Origin: a virus
Lineage: Duplodnaviria; Heunggongvirae; Uroviricota; Caudoviricetes
Strand: one strand, 5' to 3'
DNA: 11,844 nt
Virus record (IMG/VR): IMGVR_UViG_2695420685_000013
This document shows, in pieces, positions 1 to 7,275 of the stretch. The notes beneath the pieces were generated by a model that saw only the letters and a list, made by a program, of their open reading frames with translations, ran no database searches and was not told where the DNA came from. The translations under genes and the position numbers were made by a program. The number at the start of each line of letters is the position of its first letter. Positions within the stretch are counted from its first letter, which is position 1.

Positions 1-605
1 CGGTCCGGCGCGGGGTGTGCGGTGATGTCCACACTCACCGGCTTACCGCTGCCGTTAATCAGGTTCACCGCCGATGTACCTGTCTCCGGCAGGGTCACCT
101 CACGGTCCAGTGTCAGGGTGCGGCTGGCGGCATCAATGGACAGGATGCGTCCGCCGGTCATGGTCCCGGCATAGTCGTTATCACAGATTTCAATAATGTC
201 ACCGGGTGTGTGACGCAGCCCCTGTGACCCGAGCGTGAAATCCACCGTCTGCGTTTCCAGCAGTCCGGTCTTTATCACCCACAGCCCGGCACGGTGGGCC
301 TGACCGCGACTGGTGCAGCCGAACGCATCCATCTTCAGCAGGTTGCGTCCGTAGCGCAGTATGGCTTCCGGGTCTTCCACCAGTTCCGTGGAGGTCTGCC
401 AGCCGTTATGCGGGTCGACGTAACTGACCTCCACCGCAGTATGACGGTCCTTCAGGGCGCTGAAACTGTAGCGGAATCCCACACCTTCATTGTCAGCCAC
501 CACATCACTGTTTGTGTAGGGCCACACCACATCTGACGGACGGTCCTGCACAAACGTCAGCGTCTGCCCGTTCCATACCGGCATACAGCGCCCACTTGTC
601 CACAT
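1..605 (-). pseudogene. J: Host specificity protein J (central tail fibre), downstream portion in a different reading frame from the J start; open to the window edge
   Basis: Hand translation of the minus strand from ~579 downward gives [28 protein letters not shown]..., which continues lambda-J-like sequence but in a frame offset from ORF 505..1488. This frame has a stop at 648-650 upstream and in-frame ATGs at 603-605 and 582-584; no stop seen down to at least position 480. Confidence 0.6.
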
Positions 606-1488
606 CCGCCGCCCCCAGACGTTTTCCCATTCCGTAGCGCGGGTGGGTCAGCATGTCCCACAGGCACCAGGCCGGGTTATTGCTGTATGCCGGTTTCAGG
701 CTGCCGTCCCAGATACCGCTGTAAGTGCGTTTTTCCGGGTCATAGTTTGACGGTACCTGAATGATGCGACCGCGGATATGGTAGTTCACCGTCATCTGCT
801 GGCCACCAAACTGCTCCGCATCCACCTGCAGCCCCACAATCGCCGTGTTCGGGTAGCACTGTTTCACATCGATGATTTCGGTGTATGACGACCAGAGCGT
901 CTTATTCTGCAGCTGGTCCGAGGTGCTGTCCGCCGTCTCCCGGACCATCCGGATGTTAAAAGGACGGGGAGGCAGATTATCCAGAATCACCGACGCCAGA
1001 AACTGCGAGGTGGTCTTGCCGTTAATGGTGACATCATTTTCCGTCACCCAGTTACCGTTACGCTGCAACTGAATCAGCAGTCGGACAGAAGAGGGATTAC
1101 GGTCGCCCTTTGAGGTGGTCTCCAACAGTGACTGCACCCCGAAGGTGACCCGCAGGCGGTCAATATTCGCGGACGTAATGGTGCGCGTCACCGGCTTTGC
1201 CTTCGTCACTTCCACGCCCAGTGCGGTTTCAGCTCCGGAAGACTCAAAGCCTTCAGGTGGTGTCTGCTCCTGCTCCCCGGCGCGCCAGACCGCTGTCACA
1301 CCATGTATCACAGGATTACCGTCCGTGTCCGTCAGCGGAGTTTTGTTCACCAGGATACTCTGCAACCCCTTCACCGGACCTTCAATCGGCCCTTCACCAA
1401 TGGCATCAATCACGCTCATCATCTGCGTGGACTTAAGATTGTCCTTTGCCTCAACCGGCGTGTGCGCCCTGCCGCCACCTTTACCCAT
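505..1488 (-). CDS. J: Host specificity protein J, N-terminal ~327 aa fragment ending at a premature in-frame stop
   Basis: ORF begins [39 protein letters not shown]..., which matches the lambda gpJ N-terminus as I recall it, through ...[15 protein letters not shown]; it then diverges into [25 protein letters not shown] and stops at 505-507. RBS GAGAGG lies 6 nt upstream of the ATG (reverse complement of 1495-1500). Confidence 0.85.
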   Translation of the reverse strand: MGKGGGRAHTPVEAKDNLKSTQMMSVIDAIGEGPIEGPVKGLQSILVNKTPLTDTDGNPVIHGVTAVWRAGEQEQTPPEGFESSGAETALGVEVTKAKPVTRTITSANIDRLRVTFGVQSLLETTSKGDRNPSSVRLLIQLQRNGNWVTENDVTINGKTTSQFLASVILDNLPPRPFNIRMVRETADSTSDQLQNKTLWSSYTEIIDVKQCYPNTAIVGLQVDAEQFGGQQMTVNYHIRGRIIQVPSNYDPEKRTYSGIWDGSLKPAYSNNPAWCLWDMLTHPRYGMGKRLGAADVDKWALYAGMERADADVCAGPSVRCGVALHKQ

Positions 1489-1621
1489 AATGTTCCTCTC
1501 AATTGGTATTATTAATCGCAGTGATAGGATATTGCACAGCTATTGCGCGATATCATCAGAACGCTGTTTGTTACCCTGTAACCAGCAAGCTCAGTCTGTT
1601 AACGGAATTAATGAGGGTTTT

Positions 1622-2149
1622 ATGAAATGTAAAATCATTGCTGCCATTGCCATGCTGACAGCAGCATCATGCGGATACGCAGCAGAACAGGAAGTCCCAA
1701 TGAACCTTGTCAGTGCTGACGGAAAAGAAGTCAGCATTGGAAAAATAACCATTCAGGAGACCCCCTACGGTCTGCTGTTCACACCAGCCCTTCACTCTCT
1801 GTCTGAAGGCATTCATGGTTTTCATGTGCACGAAAAAGGAAATTGCGCCCCGGCACTGAAAGACGGAAAACCGGTCGCAGCATTATCGGCTGGCGGTCAC
1901 TTTGACCCGAAAAACACCGGCAAACATCTTGGCCCCTGGTCTCCGGATGGACACCTGGGCGACCTCCCTGCGCTGTTCGTGACGCATGACGGAAAAGCGA
2001 ACTACCCGGTCCTGGCCCCGAGACTGAACTCATTAAAAGAGATTAAAGGGCGTTCTCTCATGCTTCATGCTGGCGGTGATAACCATCATGACCATCCGGA
2101 GCCCCTGGGCGGTGGTGGTGCGAGAATGGCCTGCGGCATCATTCAATAA
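1622..2149 (+). CDS. sodC: Periplasmic copper/zinc superoxide dismutase (SodC family), phage-borne moron
   Basis: ATG at 1622 is preceded by GAGGG (1613-1617). Product [23 protein letters not shown]... has an N-terminal signal-peptide-like segment, the Cu,Zn-SOD motifs GFHVHE, GGHFDP and HLGDLP, and a C-terminal [12 protein letters not shown] matching Cu/Zn SOD signature 2. Stop TAA at 2147-2149. The six-frame ORF 1115..2149 is an artefactual 5' extension running antisense through J. Confidence 0.92.
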   Translation: MKCKIIAAIAMLTAASCGYAAEQEVPMNLVSADGKEVSIGKITIQETPYGLLFTPALHSLSEGIHGFHVHEKGNCAPALKDGKPVAALSAGGHFDPKNTGKHLGPWSPDGHLGDLPALFVTHDGKANYPVLAPRLNSLKEIKGRSLMLHAGGDNHHDHPEPLGGGGARMACGIIQ

Positions 2150-2155
2150 TCAGTC

Positions 2156-2184
2156 AGGTAAGGGGCGGGCCCCTTACCTTTATT
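2156..2184 (+). terminator. Rho-independent terminator-like hairpin immediately after sodC
   Basis: AGGTAAGGGGC (2156-2166) pairs with GCCCCTTACCT (2169-2179), followed by TTTATT. Starts 7 nt after the sodC stop. Confidence 0.55.
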
Positions 2185-2297
2185 CCTCAGGACGATAAAT
2201 CCTTTCTCCCTGAAAAGAACGGCACATCCTCCCTCTCTGAGTTAATGTTTTTGTCGTGACATAAGAATAATTCCTTACACTCAATCTTCGTAACGCT

Positions 2298-2340
2298 CCC
2301 GCAGTTCCTGTCCGTGAGCACTGCGGGATTTTTTCGCTTT
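2298..2340 (+). terminator. Second plus-strand terminator-like hairpin with T-tract, abutting the 3' end of gene I
   Basis: CCCGCAGT (2298-2305) pairs with ACTGCGGG (2320-2327) across a 14-nt loop, followed by ATTTTTTCGCTTTT. The orientation fits termination of plus-strand (sodC-direction) transcripts, not the minus-strand tail operon. Confidence 0.4.
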
Positions 2341-3020
2341 TATGCCTGCCGCCCGATAACCACCACCTTCCCGTCACCGCCTTCATCACGGGTACTGATG
2401 TCCTGGGAGATTCGCCGGGAGCCAACCAGCATTTCACCGTAAGGCACCGGCATCGGGTTCCCCTGGGCAATCATGTTATCCAGCGAGGAAAAGTACGTGT
2501 TCTGTCTGCCGTTATCCGTTGCGCGGTAATCCGGTGTTTTTGCCTTCGGGGCCAGCATCTGGGCCACACCGCCCAGAATCATGCTGGCTCCAAGTGAAAA
2601 CAGCATCGTGGTGGCAGAAAAACCACCGGCTGCCAGGGCTGAACCCCATAACGCCATTGATGCCCCGGCAGTGAAGAACGACCCCACGATGGCCGCCGCC
2701 CCCAGCACAATCTGCAGTCCACCCTTTCCGGCCCCGGCCAGTCGCGGCACAATGTGGATGACCGTTCCCTCACCCAGCTGTTCGTGAAGACGGGCGTACA
2801 CCGCCTCCGGTGCCGTGTCATCACCGGCAATACGTATCTGGTACCAGCCTTCGTTCATCTGACGGCGGAATCCCGGCATCTGCATCGACAGGGCACGGAT
2901 GGCTTCCGCTGCCGTGTTCACATACAGGCTGAGGCGGCGGCCAAATCGTTGTAAATCCCCGTGAAGGCAGATACGTGCCAGTGGCGGTGACGCCAGGCTG
3001 AATGCGTTCGTCGTTGCCAT
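2340..3020 (-). CDS. I: Tail tip assembly protein I
   Basis: 226 aa ORF; N-terminus MATTNAFSLASPPLARICLHGDLQRFGRR... and C-terminal region ...NTYFSSLDNMIAQGNPMPVPYGEMLVGSRRISQ resemble lambda gpI as recalled. Position between K and J matches lambda synteny. Confidence 0.9.
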   Translation of the reverse strand: MATTNAFSLASPPLARICLHGDLQRFGRRLSLYVNTAAEAIRALSMQMPGFRRQMNEGWYQIRIAGDDTAPEAVYARLHEQLGEGTVIHIVPRLAGAGKGGLQIVLGAAAIVGSFFTAGASMALWGSALAAGGFSATTMLFSLGASMILGGVAQMLAPKAKTPDYRATDNGRQNTYFSSLDNMIAQGNPMPVPYGEMLVGSRRISQDISTRDEGGDGKVVVIGRQA

Positions 3021-3661
3021 TTTTCGGAATACCTCTCCCGTTTACTCAGTTGTTCAGGCAGATGGTGAAGCAGTTCACCGTTGCCGCAGTATATGGCGGC
3101 ATGATTGGCCACCGATGCGCCAAAGCAGCACAGCAGGATATCGCCAGGCTGTGCGGAAGGCAGGGAAATCCTGTAAAAACCAGTCGCCTCCATATTGTCC
3201 AGGTACAGGTTCTGACCATTGCGCCACCAGTCATCCTCACGCTCAAAATCCGGCATATCAATTCCCGCCAGATGGTATGCATCCCGGAACAGCGTGTAAC
3301 AGTCCGTCACCCCGTGCTCAAAGAGCCGTCCTGTCAGATGTGGCACACAGCGGAATTTATGAATGTCCCCCCGGCAGACCAGCCACCAGGACAGTGCACT
3401 TTTTATCTGCAGCCGCCGGTCGGCCTCGCTCAGCCAGGGCAGACCACCGGGATGACTGTGGACCAGTGCCACAATCTCCCCCTGCATCTCTGCCCGCAGC
3501 CAGTCTTCCGGTGCAATACGAAAATACGCCTCCGGCTCTGCAGAGATATTCACACAAGGGATATACCGCTCCCCCTCCGGCGTTCTCACCACGAAGCCGC
3601 ACGACTCCGCAGGCGCACACCGCCGGGCATGCGCCAGAATCGCTGATTCAGTCTGTGTCAT
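2918..3661 (-). CDS. K: Tail tip assembly protein K (JAB/MPN metalloprotease-like plus NlpC/P60-like domains)
   Basis: Start placed at the internal ATG (3659-3661) giving MTQTESAILAHARRCAPAESCGF..., 10 nt downstream of the L stop; the longer six-frame ORF (to 3922) would overlap L. Contains a JAMM-like motif HSHPGGLPWLSEAD (HxHx7Sx2D) and a downstream Cys/His pair (GVTDCYTLF ... NHAAIY). The 3' end overlaps the I start by ~100 nt, out of frame. Confidence 0.88.
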   Translation of the reverse strand: MTQTESAILAHARRCAPAESCGFVVRTPEGERYIPCVNISAEPEAYFRIAPEDWLRAEMQGEIVALVHSHPGGLPWLSEADRRLQIKSALSWWLVCRGDIHKFRCVPHLTGRLFEHGVTDCYTLFRDAYHLAGIDMPDFEREDDWWRNGQNLYLDNMEATGFYRISLPSAQPGDILLCCFGASVANHAAIYCGNGELLHHLPEQLSKRERYSEKWQRRTHSAWRHRHWHVSAFTGIYNDLAAASACM

Positions 3662-3671
3662 AAACCGGGAT

Positions 3672-4370
3672 TTACTGCGAAAGTTTATTAATGGAAAGGA
3701 AACCGCCAAAATTAGCCACCATGCCGCGCATCTCACACCCGCGCATGCACTTGCTGCATCTGTCCTTACGGATATCCGTGGTGGGGTTGTCGAACTCATC
3801 CGCCACCGCAGGACCGTTATACCCGCATTCATCTCCCCGGTAATCCCACATACAGGTGTTCGCCAGCATGATGCGACCAGGAAACAGCGCCCCGTCCGTC
3901 TCCGTCGGTGTTGCCAGCACAAACGAGGCTGTCATGGCCGTCAGCTCTGACATCTGCTCCACCACCCAGCGGTCGCTCAGCTCCTGCTCCGGGTCCGCTT
4001 CCGGATTGCCCGCCACAAAATTCACCGCATCCAGAAAACGGGCATACACCCGGCGGCGGACCACCGTGGCCCCCACCAGGCTCTGCAGGTCCTCCGCCAT
4101 CCCGGTGACCAGACCAAACAGATTGGACACCGTCAGCGACGGTCTGGCACTGCTGCCCTTCCCGTTCATCTCAAAGCCACTGCCGTCAATCGGGTATGCC
4201 TGATATTGCCGCCCCTGCCAGGTAACCGCCTCCCCTTTTTCATTCAGCTCATTGCAGAAAAAATACCGCTCACCACCCTGTACCGTCAGGTCGATTTCCC
4301 AGAGTACCACCCGCGGTGACTGCTCTGATTTAACCGACTCGTTCAGACTTTCTTCGTGAATATCCTGCAT
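3672..4370 (-). CDS. L: Minor tail / tail tip protein L
   Basis: 232 aa, the same length as lambda gpL; MQDIHEESLNESVKSEQSPRVVLWEIDLT... with a C-terminal cysteine cluster (CMWDYRGDECGY ... CSKCMRGCEMRG). Its start ATG overlaps the M stop (TGATG). Confidence 0.92.
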   Translation of the reverse strand: MQDIHEESLNESVKSEQSPRVVLWEIDLTVQGGERYFFCNELNEKGEAVTWQGRQYQAYPIDGSGFEMNGKGSSARPSLTVSNLFGLVTGMAEDLQSLVGATVVRRRVYARFLDAVNFVAGNPEADPEQELSDRWVVEQMSELTAMTASFVLATPTETDGALFPGRIMLANTCMWDYRGDECGYNGPAVADEFDNPTTDIRKDRCSKCMRGCEMRGMVANFGGFLSINKLSQ

Positions 4371-4699
4371 CAGTTCACCACCTGCTTAAACTCGGCACTG
4401 AATTCAACCCGCAGCATGCGAACCCGTGATGACCAGGCGGCACAGGTCACCTTTATCTGCCGCCAGGCATAAGGCGGTGTCCACAGAAACGCCTTCCAGC
4501 CACCGTGCTCTGCCAGGAATGCCTCCAGATGTCGGGCCTCCTCCCGGGTCACGGAAAGCGTCACACGGTATGTTTTCAGGTCAGCATTCAGCCCCGCCGC
4601 CATACGCTGCGAATACCCGTCACCAAAACGCACTTCACGCACCGATGGCTGCGAGTTCACCTCCATATCCGGCTTCACTTTCCAGCGAAATGTTTTCAT
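4370..4699 (-). CDS. M: Minor tail protein M
   Basis: 109 aa, the same length as lambda gpM; position between H and L; start overlaps the H stop. Confidence 0.9.
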   Translation of the reverse strand: MKTFRWKVKPDMEVNSQPSVREVRFGDGYSQRMAAGLNADLKTYRVTLSVTREEARHLEAFLAEHGGWKAFLWTPPYAWRQIKVTCAAWSSRVRMLRVEFSAEFKQVVN

Positions 4700-7275
4700 C
4701 GCCTGCCTCCGGAAAAGACGCCGCCATCACGCATCTGCGCCTGAATCTCATCCTGCGCCCCCTTGCGGGCCATGTCATACACCGCCTTCATCAGCTGCGG
4801 CCCCGCCTGTCCGTTGGTGCCGTCGTTCTGAATCACCACGTGATTGTTCTGATTAAAATTAATGCCTTCCGTCCGCCGCATCTGCGCCGGACTTCCGGCA
4901 CCGCCCACATAACCACCTTCCGCATAGCCCCGCATCAGGCGGTACAGGTTGCCGACGCCAATCCGGCTGGTTGCTTCCTTCGTGAAGACAAACTCCCCGC
5001 GATGAACAATTCCCGCAGGTTCATATTTACCCCCCGTCCCCGTAAATCCCCCGGTCGCGAAATGGAAGTTCGCCGCCGCAGCCTGAATGGCCGTCCCCGT
5101 GGAGGCAGACGCACCACCACCGAAAGCACCGCCAATGGCGCTGCCGATACTCCCGACTATCCCCACCATCGCCTGCTTCAGAAAAATCTCTGTCAGCATG
5201 GAGAGCACAGAACGGGTGAAACCACGCCAGTTCTGTTCGCTGCCGGTCAGCATCGCTGCCATATTCTGTGCAATACCGTCAAAGGTCTGCGTGGCCACGC
5301 TTTTAACCTGCGAAAAACTGTCCGTCGCACTTTCTGCCCACTCGCCCCAGCCGGACTTCAGACCGGCCATCCAGCTTCCACGAAGCTGCTCCTCCGCAGA
5401 CCAGGTGTTCTTCAGTGCAGATGTGGCCTTCGCCAGCGCATCCGGATTATCACCGTACACGTCACGAAGGCGCTGCTCTTCCGACTCCCGCTGCGCCTGA
5501 CGGTCGGTGAGGCCCCGCGCCTGGGCACTGATTGCCGCCTGCTTCGCGCCCTGCTGCTGCTCAAACCGCGCAGCCTGCTGTGCCAGCTCATTCAGCCGTT
5601 TCTGGTGTTCAACTTTGTCTCCCAGCTCAGCCAGCTGGCGTTTGTACTCCAGCGTCTCTTTCTCATGGGTCAGCAGGGATTTTTCCTGCTCAGATAACTG
5701 CCGTTTCGTGGCTGCCTCTTTCAGGACCGCATACTGATTTTCCGCTTTCCATAAATCGCGACGCTGCTGGCTGATTTTCTCATTCGCACCGCTGTGTTTT
5801 TCCAGCGTCCGGAGCTCGGTTTCAAGCGCCAGCAGGGCAGCATGCGCCTGGTCTTCCTGACGCTCACCGGCTGACACTTTGACTCCTGACGACTTCGGCT
5901 TTTTCAGCGTCGATTCATAATCCTTTTTCGCCGCCGCCATCAGCGTGTTGTAATCCGCCTGCAGGATTTTCCCGTCTTTCAGGGCCTTATTCAGTTCTTC
6001 CTGACGGGCGGTATATTTCTCCAGCGGCGTCAGCAGACGCTCATACGCCTTCTGCGCCTCTCCGGTATACTTCAGCTGTGATGCGTCCCGTTCGGCCCGG
6101 TCCCTGGCGGCCAGTTCACCGGCTTTTTCCATATCCGACTGCAGCGTGGCCGCTGCCAGACCCAGACGGGCATTTTCCCGGTCATCCCATGCCCCCTGAA
6201 GGTTCGCACGAAAAGAGGAGGTCTTTCCCCGGCGCTGGCTCCGGCTCTGGTACCACTGCCATTTTTTATCCGCCTCATCAAATGCCTTCTGCGCACTGGC
6301 GAGCATATCCGCTGAGGATTCAGGACGACCGATATCCAGAATGGCATCCCACATCGATTTGAATGCCTTCCCTGTTTTATCCGCCCAGGTCTCCAGTGTT
6401 CCCATGTTTTCTTTCAGGCGACGGGTCTGCTCATCAAAGCCTTTCGTGGCGATATCGTTCGCCGCCTGCAATGCCCCGGCCTCGTCTCCGGAACGCTGCA
6501 GCTGTGCAACATACGCAATCTGCTCTGCCGTCACGTTACGGAACTGGCGCGCCATCGCCATCAGTCCCGACGTCGGGTCAGTGGTCAGCTTCCCGAAGGC
6601 TTCAGCGACTTTATCCACCTCCACACCGGATGCAGACGCAAAACGCGCGACACTCTGGTTGATGGCATCAAACTGTTCACCACCACGCACACCGGCATTC
6701 ACCAGGGCTGCCAGTGACTCTCTCGCCTGGTTAAACGTCAGCCCTGCGGCCTGTCCGGCTCTGGAGAGCGTCAGCATGCGATCGGCAGTCAGTCCGGACT
6801 GATTACCGGAAAGAACCAGGGTTTTATTAAACGCTGAAAGCGTGGAATCCCCCAGGTACCAGGCGTACGCAAGCGCACCTGTCGCCACCGCCAGCGAGGT
6901 GACCCCGACCATCGGCAGGGTGATCGCACCGGCAAGTCCCCTGAACATGGGGATCATCCCGCCGAAGGAGTCCTTCACCTGACCGCCCTGTTGCAGCAGG
7001 ATCAGCCAGGGATTCTGACCACCGGCAAGCTGCGTGGCGATATCCGTAAACTGTGCGGGCAGGGTTCGCATGGCCGCTTTATACTGCCCGACGGAAATCC
7101 CGGCTTTTTGTGCAGCCAGCGCCTGACGACTCAGGTTCTGCTCAACGACACCGGCGGTTTTTCTGGCGTCAGTCTCCAGTCCTGAAAAATGACGCCTTAC
7201 CCGGCTCATCTGCTCATCGAAACGGACCGCATCCAGACTCAGGTCAATAACAAGATCACCAACCGGCTGGGACAT
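4696..7275 (-). CDS. H: Tail tape measure protein H
   Basis: 859 aa ORF; N-terminus MSQPVGDLVIDLSLDAVRFDEQMSRVRRHFSG..., long coiled-coil-like central region rich in A/Q/E/K/R, and Gly-rich C-terminal region GGAFGGGASASTGTAIQAAAANFHFATGGFTGTGGKYEPAGIVHRGEFVF resemble lambda gpH as recalled. Strong RBS GGGAGG upstream of the ATG. Confidence 0.95.
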   Translation of the reverse strand: MSQPVGDLVIDLSLDAVRFDEQMSRVRRHFSGLETDARKTAGVVEQNLSRQALAAQKAGISVGQYKAAMRTLPAQFTDIATQLAGGQNPWLILLQQGGQVKDSFGGMIPMFRGLAGAITLPMVGVTSLAVATGALAYAWYLGDSTLSAFNKTLVLSGNQSGLTADRMLTLSRAGQAAGLTFNQARESLAALVNAGVRGGEQFDAINQSVARFASASGVEVDKVAEAFGKLTTDPTSGLMAMARQFRNVTAEQIAYVAQLQRSGDEAGALQAANDIATKGFDEQTRRLKENMGTLETWADKTGKAFKSMWDAILDIGRPESSADMLASAQKAFDEADKKWQWYQSRSQRRGKTSSFRANLQGAWDDRENARLGLAAATLQSDMEKAGELAARDRAERDASQLKYTGEAQKAYERLLTPLEKYTARQEELNKALKDGKILQADYNTLMAAAKKDYESTLKKPKSSGVKVSAGERQEDQAHAALLALETELRTLEKHSGANEKISQQRRDLWKAENQYAVLKEAATKRQLSEQEKSLLTHEKETLEYKRQLAELGDKVEHQKRLNELAQQAARFEQQQGAKQAAISAQARGLTDRQAQRESEEQRLRDVYGDNPDALAKATSALKNTWSAEEQLRGSWMAGLKSGWGEWAESATDSFSQVKSVATQTFDGIAQNMAAMLTGSEQNWRGFTRSVLSMLTEIFLKQAMVGIVGSIGSAIGGAFGGGASASTGTAIQAAAANFHFATGGFTGTGGKYEPAGIVHRGEFVFTKEATSRIGVGNLYRLMRGYAEGGYVGGAGSPAQMRRTEGINFNQNNHVVIQNDGTNGQAGPQLMKAVYDMARKGAQDEIQAQMRDGGVFSGGRR

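Noticed and set aside
1115-2149. 344-aa plus-strand ORF that would give sodC a ~170-aa N-terminal extension
   Set aside because: The first half is antisense to J with no RBS. The SodC-like sequence begins at the internal ATG 1622, which has a GAGGG RBS and is followed by a signal peptide, so the long ORF is a read-through artefact.
2180-2470. 96-aa minus-strand ORF spanning the I-sodC gap
   Set aside because: It starts inside gene I in another frame and runs into the terminator region. Its Arg/Cys-rich composition and lack of an RBS mark it as an overlap artefact.
3662-3922. N-terminal extension of K to a 334-aa ORF
   Set aside because: It would overlap the 3' end of L by ~250 nt in another frame. 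K-like sequence starts at MTQTES (ATG 3659-3661), 10 nt after the L stop.
4426-5697. 423-aa plus-strand ORF
   Set aside because: Antisense to the tape measure gene H. Its Pro/Arg/Leu-rich composition mirrors the Ala/Gln/Glu/Lys-rich sense strand, and it has no independent support.
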